Of a DNA stretch of 64,000 nt, positions 20,087-29,820 are shown in pieces. Both the position numbers and the translations under genes were made by a program. A model generated the notes under the pieces. It saw only the letters and a program-made list of their open reading frames with translations, ran no database searches and was not told where the DNA came from. Positions within the stretch are counted from its first letter, which is position 1. Each line of letters begins with the position of its first letter. Origin of the DNA: Candidatus Poribacteria bacterium (GTDB taxonomy: Bacteria > Poribacteria > WGA-4E > WGA-3G); NCBI GenBank assembly GCA_965205015.1, contig OZ242029.1, positions 96,001 to 160,000 on the forward strand. Direction: 5' to 3'.

Positions 20087-21335
20087 TTGTCAGTTCTCAG
20101 TTATCAGCCGTCAGTTAAGAGGAATTGTGGTGCTTGCCATCTGTTTGATGACGACGTCAATTGTAGGAATCGCCAATGCTGAACTCAAAATCGGTGGCTA
20201 CTACAAAAACTTTTCCACGGTGTTCAACTCACCGCTTCCAGACGCATCAATGATGGGAGTCGTGGTCAACCGACTGCGTATCAACCTCTCTCACGCACCA
20301 ACAGATTCACTTTCTTATGACCTCGCCTACGACTTTACGCCGCGGGTTCAAGACCCTTTACTCTTTTCCCAGTCTCCGATCGCCGTTGGTATCGCTTCGT
20401 CCCGTTATCGGGTTGCGGACTTCGGCTCACCGATTTACCCCAGAACAGATGAACCCGTCGGCAGTGTCGGCATCTACCATAACCTCGATCGCGCTGCGGT
20501 TCAGTTCAGCACAGATTTTGCGGATTTCTCCATCGGTCGAGACGCAATCGCATGGGGGAGCGCACGGATCATAAACCCAACCGACATCATCGCCCCTTAC
20601 ACCTACGATCAACTGGATACGGAAGACCGTGTGGGTGTAGATACAATCCGGGTTCGTATTCCCATAGGGGTTATGGGGGAAGTAGATACGGGATACATTT
20701 TCGGGGACACATTCAATTTTGATAAAAGTGCGGTCTTTCTCCGAACACAATTGAACGCTGTAGAAACAGACTTCTCAATTCTATTATTGGAATTTCAAAG
20801 GGATCTGCTTGTCGGCTTTGATATAGCACGCGGTATAGGGGGTGCGGGATTTTGGTTGGAAACGGCTTATGTATTCACCGAACCGTTCAATGGCAACGCC
20901 GATACCTTGAATAATTATCTACGCACCTCCATCGGTTTCGACTATAGTTTCGGTGGAGAGACATACGCATTCATCGAATACCATTTTAACGGAGCAGGTA
21001 CGCAGAACCCCGAAAATTTCCTTACCAATTTAGAGAAGTCCGCCTATACGCGTGGTGGGGTTTATTTGCTGGGAGTCCATTATCTCGCGCCTGGTGTCAC
21101 CCATCAACTCACGCCACTCATCAGTCTCAGCGGTCAAATGTTGTTCAACCTATCTGACCCATCAACTTGGATCGCGCCACAGATCGCATACAACGTCGCA
21201 GAGGATATTCATCTCGCTGTCGGCGGTTTCATTAGCCTCGGAAAGCGACCAAAAAACGGCGATTCTACGCAATTGCAATCGGAATTTGGCAGTTATCCCA
21301 ATCTCTTCTTCTCCTCATTCCGCGTCTACTTCTGA
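20067..21335 (+). CDS. Putative outer-membrane beta-barrel protein of the LolA-like ABC operon (start uncertain)
   Basis: Signal peptide ending ANA; IGRDAIAWG..INPTD..DRVGVD; C-terminal RVYF. Confidence 0.7.
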   Translation: MMRRSNSCQFSVISRQLRGIVVLAICLMTTSIVGIANAELKIGGYYKNFSTVFNSPLPDASMMGVVVNRLRINLSHAPTDSLSYDLAYDFTPRVQDPLLFSQSPIAVGIASSRYRVADFGSPIYPRTDEPVGSVGIYHNLDRAAVQFSTDFADFSIGRDAIAWGSARIINPTDIIAPYTYDQLDTEDRVGVDTIRVRIPIGVMGEVDTGYIFGDTFNFDKSAVFLRTQLNAVETDFSILLLEFQRDLLVGFDIARGIGGAGFWLETAYVFTEPFNGNADTLNNYLRTSIGFDYSFGGETYAFIEYHFNGAGTQNPENFLTNLEKSAYTRGGVYLLGVHYLAPGVTHQLTPLISLSGQMLFNLSDPSTWIAPQIAYNVAEDIHLAVGGFISLGKRPKNGDSTQLQSEFGSYPNLFFSSFRVYF

Positions 21336-21381
21336 TAGTCTCAATCGTAAACCGAAATTGTGCCTCGGAGGAAACGAACCC

Positions 21382-22212
21382 ATGAAGAAAAAACAGATAT
21401 TTTTGATCGGTATACTCGGTATCTTAGCTCTGTGCGTAGGGCTCTTCTATTGGTATACGCAACGTCAAGCCACCTACGCAAAAACACGAGAACTCTTCGC
21501 GCCTATTTACGAATATTCAGGAAGGCTCACCCCAGAGGAACAAAAACGCTTTTCTGAACTTGTCCATTCAATAGAGCTCAAAACTGTCGAGGGAAAAGGA
21601 TACGCGCTGCCCAAACGCGAAAGCCTTCAATTGCAAGCGTATAGTATGACGTTGTACCGAAACACCCCTGAACTCTTCTTCAGGGGCCCTACCGATGTTG
21701 ATGTCGAGCCATATATACGGTATTTCAGTATCCTCACACTGATTGCCAAAACCAAGTTAGCAGATTTGCCAGCCGGTAGCAGAAAATCTATAATATCGCA
21801 TCTTGACGCACTCGAAAAACGTCTCACCAAAAACAGCGTTGAGATATATCTTCAAGAAGTCCAAGACCTTCCGTTTCGTCCGAGACAAAAAGCCCCAACG
21901 ATGCGATTTGGTGTCGCGTCCGGTCCTGGAAGGGTTGGCGGTGACCACTGGATCTTTGAGGCGGATGGTTCATTCACATGGCCCGAAGGCGCGAAACGCG
22001 GGGTCGTTCAGATTGTTGACCATTACGGAAACGAATATGCCGTCGACTTGGATGCCCCAGTTGATATGGAAATAACAGAGGATACGTCCGAATTGTATGC
22101 AGAGATCGACCGACTTTTTGAGAAACTGACAGACGCAGCGTTTCAAAGACTCTCAACGCTCAAGAAGAAAGATCTGTCGGTAGAGATTGAAAAGTTGTTT
22201 TCATCGGAATAG
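21382..22212 (+). CDS. Hypothetical membrane-anchored protein
   Basis: ATG 21382 (MKKKQIF) after GGAGG; single N-terminal TM helix. Confidence 0.7.
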   Translation: MKKKQIFLIGILGILALCVGLFYWYTQRQATYAKTRELFAPIYEYSGRLTPEEQKRFSELVHSIELKTVEGKGYALPKRESLQLQAYSMTLYRNTPELFFRGPTDVDVEPYIRYFSILTLIAKTKLADLPAGSRKSIISHLDALEKRLTKNSVEIYLQEVQDLPFRPRQKAPTMRFGVASGPGRVGGDHWIFEADGSFTWPEGAKRGVVQIVDHYGNEYAVDLDAPVDMEITEDTSELYAEIDRLFEKLTDAAFQRLSTLKKKDLSVEIEKLFSSE

Positions 22213-22220
22213 ATGGATTA

Positions 22221-23285
22221 TCATTTAAAGACCACGACTAACTTCCGGTATGCCGTGCGCTGTGAACCCATCCTCGCACGAATTAGAAGAAAATAACGTC
22301 CGTTGCGGACGAGCCTCCCATCATCTGTCAATCCATCCCACTGTGCAATGTGAGGACCGATATAGTGAGGCGCGTTCTCAAGCAGTCGCCGAACCCGTCT
22401 GCTCCGAAGATCGAAGATATCTATCGTTACAAACGCTTGCATCGCCTCCGGTGCGTTGAGTTGATACGCTATGGTTAGCCGATTCCTGTCCGGTGCGAAA
22501 AATACACGCGGCGAAAGTTTGACGTTCTGGATCTGTAGTCGATCAGTGCGTTCCAAATCTGTAGGAGTCGGCACCATCAATGTATAGATACCGAAGTGGT
22601 TAATAGCGGCGGTTACACTCCCCTGAATAGTGTTCACGCGACTTCGCAAGGGTACCCACTGTTTCCCAAACGCCTCCCAAAAATAAAGGCGTGGCTCTGT
22701 ATCTGGAAACACATCACCTTCAAAGCGAAATGTCAGCTGCGCCGGCCGTTTCAAGACAAGCCGTGTCGGTGAGATCTGAACGACACGGATGAACTGCCGG
22801 GCTGTCGGCGGTAATCCCGGCGATGCCACGATTTCTATCCCAATGTGTCGTTCAATCGCAAGTGCACCGTCGGGCAGCGTGATTTCCACACCCGCAGGAC
22901 TTTTAAGTGTCCCACCACGGCTTCCGATAGGACTCATTGCCGGAACGACGTTTAACCTGACGCGCCGTTCCACCCCGTTCACACGGCAAATCAGATCGCC
23001 CATCCCTACAAAAACAGCCGTTAGCGTGGGTTGATTCCCTGTCGTAATTCGACCTAAATTCCCGGCGAGAAACCACTGTGCTGCAAGCACGTCCTCATCC
23101 GCAGAGACGGCTTGAAGTCGGTACCGCTTTCCAGAAATTAGTTCATAGGGTTGCATGACTTCTACTTGACCGTCAAACACCCGAATCTCAAAGAGGTCCT
23201 CAACCGCCGTAACGTCTGAAGAGTACCACATCATCAGCACAATCAATATAAAATATATTGGTGTTGGGTGGAAGGGAGTTCGCAT
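22221..23285 (-). CDS. Secreted protein with ZU5-like region and C-terminal FlgD-Ig-like domain
   Basis: IGSRGGTL..VEITLPDGAL..INHFGIY; WDGLTDDGRLVRNGRY; start probably ATG 23285. Confidence 0.65.
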   Translation of the reverse strand: MRTPFHPTPIYFILIVLMMWYSSDVTAVEDLFEIRVFDGQVEVMQPYELISGKRYRLQAVSADEDVLAAQWFLAGNLGRITTGNQPTLTAVFVGMGDLICRVNGVERRVRLNVVPAMSPIGSRGGTLKSPAGVEITLPDGALAIERHIGIEIVASPGLPPTARQFIRVVQISPTRLVLKRPAQLTFRFEGDVFPDTEPRLYFWEAFGKQWVPLRSRVNTIQGSVTAAINHFGIYTLMVPTPTDLERTDRLQIQNVKLSPRVFFAPDRNRLTIAYQLNAPEAMQAFVTIDIFDLRSRRVRRLLENAPHYIGPHIAQWDGLTDDGRLVRNGRYFLLIRARMGSQRTAYRKLVVVFK

Positions 23286-23341
23286 ACTCACATCGTAGCA
23301 TACATCCGATTTGCATTGCAAGCCATCTTGTGCTACACTGC

Positions 23342-23428
23342 AAAGTAGTAGGCACGCTCCGCCGTGCCGTACACAGATGACAAAACCCAGAAAGCGCAAA
23401 CGGCAGAACGGAGTCTGCCTGCTACTAT
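23342..23428. repeat. Inverted pair of GTAG REP-like units (family B)
   Basis: aaagtagtaggcacgctccgccgtgccgt ... acggcagaacggagtctgcctgctactat between divergent genes. Confidence 0.7.
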
Positions 23429-23441
23429 GTCCTGATATATT

Positions 23442-25514
23442 ATGGGGAAACACGCTTTAACGTCAAAAACACCTGATGGCACAGCTCTCATCAAGACCGA
23501 TCCTTTGCTAAAGCCGTATGCGGCGCAGCTGCGTGAGCGGTTCGCACACTATCAACGTTTCAAAGCAGCCATCGAGAAAACCGGCGGCATCTTAGGCGAA
23601 ATAAGCCAAGGACACCAATATTTCGGTTTCAATCGCGGAGAAAAGGACGGTGAGACCGGGGTCTGGTATCGCGAATGGGCACCGGGTGCACACGCCCTTG
23701 CCCTTATCGGCGACTTTAACGGCTGGGATCGCGGGGCACATCCGATGTCCGTCGATGATTATGGCGTATGGCATCTCTTCTTGCCCGATAGAGACTACGC
23801 CGATCGACTCACACACGGCAGCCGAGTCAAAGTACATGTCGTATCAGAACTCGGTGGACTCGACCGGATCCCTGCTTATGTGCAGCGTGTTGTGCAGGAA
23901 GGGAATGCCGACTTCACCGGACAGTATTGGGCATCACCATCCCTGTATCAGTGGAGACATGACGTCCCTCGTTCCAATGCGCACATCGAGGGTAATCTGC
24001 GGATCTATGAGGCACACGTCGGTATGGCGCAGGAAGCGGAAAAGGTCGGAACGTTCGTTGAGTTCACGCAAAACGTGCTACCCCGAATCGCTGATCTGGG
24101 CTATAACGCCGTGCAACTGATGGCGGTCATGGAACATCCCTATTACGCAAGCTTCGGGTACCACGTGAGCAATTTTTTCGCCGTTTCAAGTCGCTTCGGG
24201 ACACCGGAAGAACTCAAAGCACTTATCGATACCGCACACGGTATGGGTCTACGGGTTATCATGGATCTGGTCCATAGCCATGCCGTCAAAAATCTGAACG
24301 AAGGATTGAACCGTTTTGACGGCACGGCACACCACTATTTTCACGCCGGTGAGAAAGGTGAACATACTGCATGGGATTCGCGCTGTTTCGATTACAGTAA
24401 ATACGAAGTGCAACGCTTTCTCCTGAGCAACATCCGCTACTGGCTGGAGACGTATCGGTTCGATGGATTCAGATTCGACGGCATCACAAGCATGCTCTAT
24501 AGCGATCACGGGTTAGATCGGGAATTCGAAGGCTACGCCGATTATTTCGGGGCTGACGTTGAACTCGACGCGATTGCCTACCTGATGTTGGCAAACGAGG
24601 TCGTTCACGCCGTCAATCCTACCGCAATTTCAATTGCTGAAGATATGAGTGGCATGCCCGGTCTCGCGCGCCCCACCGAGGAAGGTGGACTCGGCTTCGA
24701 TTACCGGCTCGCAATGGGCATCCCAGACTACTGGATACGGTTGTTGAAAGAGAAAGAGGATGAAGACTGGCATATCGGCGAGATTTACGGCATGTTGCGG
24801 AACCGTCGGACCGGCGAGAAACACATCGCTTATGTCGAGAGCCACGACCAAGCCATCGTTGGGGATAAGACACTCGCTATGCAACTCATGGACGCCGAAC
24901 TTTACACGCACATGAGCATGTTCGCAACAAGCCATCGCATTGCTCGCGGTATCGCGCTCCACAAACTCATCCGACTGCTGACCTTCAGTTTAGGGGGCGA
25001 GGGGTATCTCAACTTCATGGGGAACGAGTTCGGGCACCCGGACTGGATCGACTTCCCGCGCGAGGGAAACAATAACTCTTACCGGTATGCACGCCGACAA
25101 TGGTATCTCGTCGACGATGACACGCTTCGCTACAAACACCTCAACGCTTTCGATCGCGCCATGCAACATCTTGATGCAACCCACCCTCTGCTTTCCGATG
25201 AAGACATCCATCTTTTATCTATTGACGAAGACATGAAACAGATCGTCTATGAACGGGGTGGCCTCGTCTTCGCCTTCAACTTCCATCCGACCGCATCCGT
25301 CCCAGACTGGCGCATCCCCGTCCCCGAGAAAAAGGATTATCGCCTTATTCTCAATACCGATGATACCCCTTACAGTGGCTATGGTGCCGTAGAGGGCGTG
25401 CATTACCCATGGCAAGATGTCGCCATGGAGGGGCACACACAATCCATCCAACTGTATGTCCCTGCCCGGAGTGCACAGGTATTAGCGGCTGAAAAAAGTC
25501 AAATTCATAGATAG
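23442..25514 (+). CDS. glgB: 1,4-alpha-glucan branching enzyme (GH13_8-like)
   Basis: YREWAP, RIYEAHVGM, MDLVHSHA, FDGFRFDG, IAEDMSGMP, YVESHDQ, LNFMGNEFGHP. Confidence 0.95.
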   Translation: MGKHALTSKTPDGTALIKTDPLLKPYAAQLRERFAHYQRFKAAIEKTGGILGEISQGHQYFGFNRGEKDGETGVWYREWAPGAHALALIGDFNGWDRGAHPMSVDDYGVWHLFLPDRDYADRLTHGSRVKVHVVSELGGLDRIPAYVQRVVQEGNADFTGQYWASPSLYQWRHDVPRSNAHIEGNLRIYEAHVGMAQEAEKVGTFVEFTQNVLPRIADLGYNAVQLMAVMEHPYYASFGYHVSNFFAVSSRFGTPEELKALIDTAHGMGLRVIMDLVHSHAVKNLNEGLNRFDGTAHHYFHAGEKGEHTAWDSRCFDYSKYEVQRFLLSNIRYWLETYRFDGFRFDGITSMLYSDHGLDREFEGYADYFGADVELDAIAYLMLANEVVHAVNPTAISIAEDMSGMPGLARPTEEGGLGFDYRLAMGIPDYWIRLLKEKEDEDWHIGEIYGMLRNRRTGEKHIAYVESHDQAIVGDKTLAMQLMDAELYTHMSMFATSHRIARGIALHKLIRLLTFSLGGEGYLNFMGNEFGHPDWIDFPREGNNNSYRYARRQWYLVDDDTLRYKHLNAFDRAMQHLDATHPLLSDEDIHLLSIDEDMKQIVYERGGLVFAFNFHPTASVPDWRIPVPEKKDYRLILNTDDTPYSGYGAVEGVHYPWQDVAMEGHTQSIQLYVPARSAQVLAAEKSQIHR

Positions 25515-25522
25515 TATTTGTT

Positions 25523-25551
25523 TTGACAATTAGATCTGTATGTGATATAAT
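25523..25551 (+). promoter_or_regulatory. Consensus sigma70 promoter of the PIN operon
   Basis: TTGACA-17 nt-TATAAT. Confidence 0.75.
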
Positions 25552-25569
25552 AACCATAAGTTATAAACA

Positions 25570-26046
25570 ATGCAGAAACGTATCTATATTGAAACCACAA
25601 TTCCCAGTTCTTACTATACGTTGCGAACCGATGAGGTGTCACTCGCCAGACAGAAATTGACTCGGCAATGGTGGGCTGAATATGCGGAACTGTCTACCCT
25701 TACTTCAAGTACTGCTGTAATTGATGAACTCGAGGAAGGCAGCAGGGAAGTAACATTAGATCGGCTTGCTTTACTTGATGGTATTGAGATACTTGATCCT
25801 ACAGTTGAGATTGTGCATATCGCACAAATTTATATGGAAAAATTGATAATGCCGCAGGAACCACAAGGAGATGCATTTCATTTAGCAATTGCTTCGTTTT
25901 ATAGAGTTGATATACTACTTACATGGAATTGTACACATCTTGCGAATCCGAACAAATTTGATTTTATCACACGTATTAACCGAGAATTGGGATTAACTAC
26001 ACCAGAATTAAAAACACCGCAGGACTACTTAGGAGGGATCGCATAA
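25570..26046 (+). CDS. PIN-domain (VapC-like) protein
   Basis: IYIETTIPS, VIDEL, DAFHLAIA, DILLTWNCTHLAN. Confidence 0.88.
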   Translation: MQKRIYIETTIPSSYYTLRTDEVSLARQKLTRQWWAEYAELSTLTSSTAVIDELEEGSREVTLDRLALLDGIEILDPTVEIVHIAQIYMEKLIMPQEPQGDAFHLAIASFYRVDILLTWNCTHLANPNKFDFITRINRELGLTTPELKTPQDYLGGIA

Positions 26047-26047
26047 A

Positions 26048-26284
26048 ATGGATAAGAAAATTGATCTTTGCAGTCCAGAAATGAATGAAGTCGTTAAGGA
26101 AGTTCGCGAAATGCGGATGAAAATTTCAGAAGAATGTGGACATGATCTTTATCGATTACTCGCTCATTACCAAGAGGTAGGGAAAAGATTGAGGAAAACA
26201 GGTAAGTATAAGTTTGTCAATCCGGAACCGCCTGCTGAGAAGCCCGCGTCTACAAAATCGACTCGTGATGAAGCTGCAGATTAA
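26048..26284 (+). CDS. Small protein downstream of PIN gene, probable antitoxin
   Basis: 78 aa, VVKEVREMRMKISEECGHDL; 1 bp after the PIN stop. Confidence 0.65.
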   Translation: MDKKIDLCSPEMNEVVKEVREMRMKISEECGHDLYRLLAHYQEVGKRLRKTGKYKFVNPEPPAEKPASTKSTRDEAAD

Positions 26285-26410
26285 GGTATAACACCATCCT
26301 CTGATAACATCTTTGCCCGAATACGTGCCATATGGACGGTGTTTTCCCCTCAGGAAAAATAGGGACAGCCAACCGTGACCTCTGCCGCTACGGCATGTCT
26401 ATGTTGGGTT

Positions 26411-26438
26411 GCTAAAGCCAGACACTTTAGCTTTTTTT
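26411..26438 (+). terminator. Intrinsic terminator
   Basis: GCTAAAG-loop-CTTTAGC followed by T7. Confidence 0.65.
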
Positions 26439-26441
26439 ATT

Positions 26442-26566
26442 TATAGTAGAGTCAATAATTACTTGGGCACCCCGATTGTAGCGCAAACTGTTAGTTTGCG
26501 TGCCTCCCCTGCACAAACTGGACAGTTTGTGCTACGAATGTTCACTTATTTTTGGGTTTTACTATA
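26442..26566. mobile_element. MITE-like element with TATAGTA terminal inverted repeats (family E) and an internal GTAG palindrome
   Basis: tatagtagagtcaataattacttg ... cacttatttttgggttttactata; interior gtagcgcaaactg..cagtttgtgctac. Confidence 0.65.
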
Positions 26567-26682
26567 AAATTTCTCGGTAGGTGCGGTTTTGCGGCGTACT
26601 CGCCCCGGTGAATGCCACACGGCATTCATACCGTTGATTCATGCGATCTGCATTCTAACCGCACCTCTTAAAAGCACCGTCA

Positions 26683-27522
26683 TTACGTGGTATTATTATC
26701 CAACGAATACGCACGGTTCCCACCAGGACCGCCACCGATTGCCCACGTGCCTCGGAACAGGGACTGCCGCCTCGGTGGCATCGTTTCAATGATCTCGTGG
26801 CTCAGGTTGAGCCGATGCCACTGCGCCCAGATGGAGTTGTAACAGTTGAAAACCGCACACCGAGGGTTCGATGGATTCGTCCAATCGTTCGCCGCATGGA
26901 CGAGACTTTCGGTGAAGATGACAACAGAACCCGGCGGACAACTATAGTCGTCCATCACCTCACGCATATTCGCTTCCCACGGTGATTCACTGATATTCGG
27001 ACGATACCGGTCAGGACCTCCATAATTGAAGTGCGCTTTATGCGAGCCACTGAGAAAAGAGGTAGCCCCTTGTCCTGACTTGACCTCCTCAAGTTCCCAC
27101 ACAACGCGCGTCAGTCCGGCAAAAATCTTCCCGCCAGCGACCTGATACCGCATCGCGTTTGCCTGCTGCGGTGGACGCACAACGTGCGGTAGACCGTTAT
27201 CGCCACGTTCCGCCACACCCCACCCCGGGGGTCTCACGGTCGTGAATGACCCTTCACACCGAAACCCATAACAATCGTCCATCACAAACGGATCTTCGGA
27301 CAGGATCTCGTTCAAGATACCCACGATCGCCGGATGGTCGAGGAGCGTTTGGAGTGCCCCTTGATAACTCTGTCTCGCACCGGCATAGACCTCTGCCTTC
27401 ATCTCCTCAATTTCTGGCTCCGATAAGACCGACGGCAACAGAATCCAACCGCGGAGATCGAAGAAAAATTTCTGTTCAGGTGTCATCGCCACTGGTGCAT
27501 TCGTTGAAGTTTGATTTGACAT
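26683..27522 (-). CDS. Phytanoyl-CoA dioxygenase (PhyH) family protein
   Basis: FFFDLRGW, SFLSGSHK, PGSVVIFTESLVHA, RCAVF. Confidence 0.85.
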   Translation of the reverse strand: MSNQTSTNAPVAMTPEQKFFFDLRGWILLPSVLSEPEIEEMKAEVYAGARQSYQGALQTLLDHPAIVGILNEILSEDPFVMDDCYGFRCEGSFTTVRPPGWGVAERGDNGLPHVVRPPQQANAMRYQVAGGKIFAGLTRVVWELEEVKSGQGATSFLSGSHKAHFNYGGPDRYRPNISESPWEANMREVMDDYSCPPGSVVIFTESLVHAANDWTNPSNPRCAVFNCYNSIWAQWHRLNLSHEIIETMPPRRQSLFRGTWAIGGGPGGNRAYSLDNNTT

Positions 27523-27534
27523 TGAATTTCCCTC

Positions 27535-29283
27535 CTAAAGTGCCCTTTCCAATCCAGGCAGGAAATAATCCTTAACAACGACTTCCCAACTCATACGGGA
27601 AGCGATATCGTAACCTTCTCGAAGCATATCTTCTACGTCACGCGGTTTGCGAGGTAAGCGTCCCAAGAGCTTCGCCGCGATGTCTCTGCTATTCTCCATC
27701 TCAATCGCATTCCGTTCCGCCAACCCGATATGAATTACATCCTCCAATGACTTCGGCGGGATATTCAGCTGCGTATAGTCGGCAACAACGATATTTGGGA
27801 CCTCACGGTTATCGGTCGCACGCTGAATGAAGCCGCAACACCCACATACATTGCTAACGACACAAATCGCGCCGAAACTCAGCGGCTCTACCTGCGCAAT
27901 CCCGAACGGCTCGTAAATCGACTGCCCAAACTCCGCATCACTCCCCTTGCGAATGTCCATAAATTCCATCTCTATCGGCATCCGTTTTCCACACGCCGCT
28001 TGACTCCACCCGAACTGATTGACGAAAACCACCTTAATCGCCTGAGACTGTAGATTGAAAGCAGAGACGCCGTTGTTGAGTTCAATTTCCGCACCAACAA
28101 GATCGGGATAACCAATTTTGTGGTACACGGGCCAGCCATACGTCTCCTCCATCTCATGAATACTTTCGGGGGGACGACCCGTCGCAATTTCTGTGGAGAG
28201 AATAAACAGTACGGCTGTTCTATCATTGGAAGCGAGCAGATCATCCAAGTGCATAAGCACCTGTAAATCGCGCCACAGTCCTTTACTCTTGACGAGCCGC
28301 GTTACATGTGTGAAAACATAATCAGGACGATAATCGAGAAGTGTCTTTGCGTATTTTTGGAGCAGCGCCTTCGACGTTAATTTTTCCTGTAGACTCACCT
28401 CAAACGCCGGAATGCCGTTGTAGACGAGGTTAATTGGAAATTCCTCAAACGACTTTGCCAAGAATCGCAATTCATCCACAACCAGATCCCCGACTGCAAA
28501 AATTGTATCACAGAGATGTGCTTTGTCGATCAATGCGTGTTTGAAATACCAAAACGGATCGTCGAACACCTCATGGATCGATTGTCCCTGGGCTTTTGCT
28601 TGCTTCAATACGTTGTAAAAACGTATATCATGCCCGGGATGCCCCTCAACAATGGGACGTATCGTTGCCACTTCATGGGCATAAAAGACGGTGCGCAGGT
28701 TCGCAGCGTCTTCATTGCGCTTACGTTCAATCAGCGTCTTAAGCGCAAGCGGCATTCCCATAAACTCGTGTGAGATGACGAACACTGGGGTCTTCGTTTT
28801 CCCGCCGATAAGTACCTGTAAGGCATCATACGCAGGCTCCGCAAGACGGACATACTCTTCATATTCCCATTCACTCTCATATCGACTTGATTCGATGTCA
28901 AAATGCTCATAGAGATGCCACTTAAACTGGCTGGTTTGAACTTCATTGCTATTTGACACGTTCACCAAGAGGACGTCCGTGAGGGTCGTAACGCCTTTGT
29001 TCTTATCTACAAACTTTCGCTGTCCGTAAACGATCTCTACATGATAGATCTGCTCAATCTCACTGAGCGCCGCTGCGTGGGGTGTGTCTGTTATCCCTTC
29101 ACTTGCGCGATACAGCACAGTATCCAATTCTCCTAAATCGGCACCAGGAAAGAGGGGTCCGACGAGAAAAGTGCGCTCAATCGCTTCGTTGTAGGTGCGG
29201 GTTGTCAGCAACCCTTCTAAAACCGCTCCGATGCCTCCCATTTTTTGGATAGCTTCGTGTGTTACATGAACAACAATACTCAA
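27535..29283 (-). CDS. Glycogen synthase, GT3-like
   Basis: HEAIQKMGGIGAV (KxGG), HEFMG, FYAHE, SIYEPFG; likely TTG start at 29283 behind GAGG. Confidence 0.7.
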   Translation of the reverse strand: MSIVVHVTHEAIQKMGGIGAVLEGLLTTRTYNEAIERTFLVGPLFPGADLGELDTVLYRASEGITDTPHAAALSEIEQIYHVEIVYGQRKFVDKNKGVTTLTDVLLVNVSNSNEVQTSQFKWHLYEHFDIESSRYESEWEYEEYVRLAEPAYDALQVLIGGKTKTPVFVISHEFMGMPLALKTLIERKRNEDAANLRTVFYAHEVATIRPIVEGHPGHDIRFYNVLKQAKAQGQSIHEVFDDPFWYFKHALIDKAHLCDTIFAVGDLVVDELRFLAKSFEEFPINLVYNGIPAFEVSLQEKLTSKALLQKYAKTLLDYRPDYVFTHVTRLVKSKGLWRDLQVLMHLDDLLASNDRTAVLFILSTEIATGRPPESIHEMEETYGWPVYHKIGYPDLVGAEIELNNGVSAFNLQSQAIKVVFVNQFGWSQAACGKRMPIEMEFMDIRKGSDAEFGQSIYEPFGIAQVEPLSFGAICVVSNVCGCCGFIQRATDNREVPNIVVADYTQLNIPPKSLEDVIHIGLAERNAIEMENSRDIAAKLLGRLPRKPRDVEDMLREGYDIASRMSWEVVVKDYFLPGLERAL

Positions 29284-29371
29284 TTTCTTACCTCGCCTAA
29301 TCTTTTTTATGTGGACTTGCAAGCCACATCCAAAAGGATAAAAAATCATAAAATCGCATTCTCTACGAAAG

Positions 29372-29449
29372 ATTATAGCATAACATCAGAACAGGTGTCA
29401 AATTCCGTAAACCTTTGTCCTTGACAACCTCGCCAAAAACCACTATAAT
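29372..29449. promoter_or_regulatory. Back-to-back divergent sigma70 promoters
   Basis: Plus: TTGACA(29421)-17-TATAAT(29444). Minus: TTGACA(29401-29396)-18-TATAAT(29377-29372) with extended TG. Confidence 0.8.
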
Positions 29450-29560
29450 ATTAGGGTGAAGGCTGTGCGACAACGCTGCATGAGAGACTTCAGCACAAGT
29501 CGCACAAAGCGTTGGTTAAGGTGTGTTCAACGTTAGAAGAGAAAACTAAGCCCGTAACGA

Positions 29561-29797
29561 ATGGAGGTAGGCATGTTAGAAAATATTGGAAGCGTGGCTG
29601 GTGCTATATGGCACTATCTCGAAGATAACAACGAAGCCACTGTTACAAAATTAACACGCGAAATCGGCGAAAACGAACGGACAGTTTTAATGGGTGTCGG
29701 TTGGCTCGCCCGCGAAGGAAAATTAGATTTCGAGAAACGGAAACAGGGTACCTACATCACCTTGAAAACACAACAATCAAACGCAGAAGTCGTGTAG
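29561..29797 (+). CDS. Winged helix-turn-helix protein (DUF2582-like)
   Basis: IGSVAGAIWHYL..MGVGWLAREGKL; start may be ATG 29573 behind GGAGG. Confidence 0.85.
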   Translation: MEVGMLENIGSVAGAIWHYLEDNNEATVTKLTREIGENERTVLMGVGWLAREGKLDFEKRKQGTYITLKTQQSNAEVV

Positions 29798-29820
29798 ATT
29801 TCGGAAGGAGAACGGATTAG

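Noticed and set aside
21052-21381. Long N-terminal extensions in the ORF track (also at 8488, 15614, 23453, 29349, 33211, 36867, 44022)
   Set aside because: They overlap neighbouring genes, promoters or repeats; downstream starts fit homologous N-termini better and most have SD sequences.
26285-26410. Possible ncRNA between the PIN operon and its terminator
   Set aside because: No recognisable family motif or second copy; cannot be supported from sequence alone.
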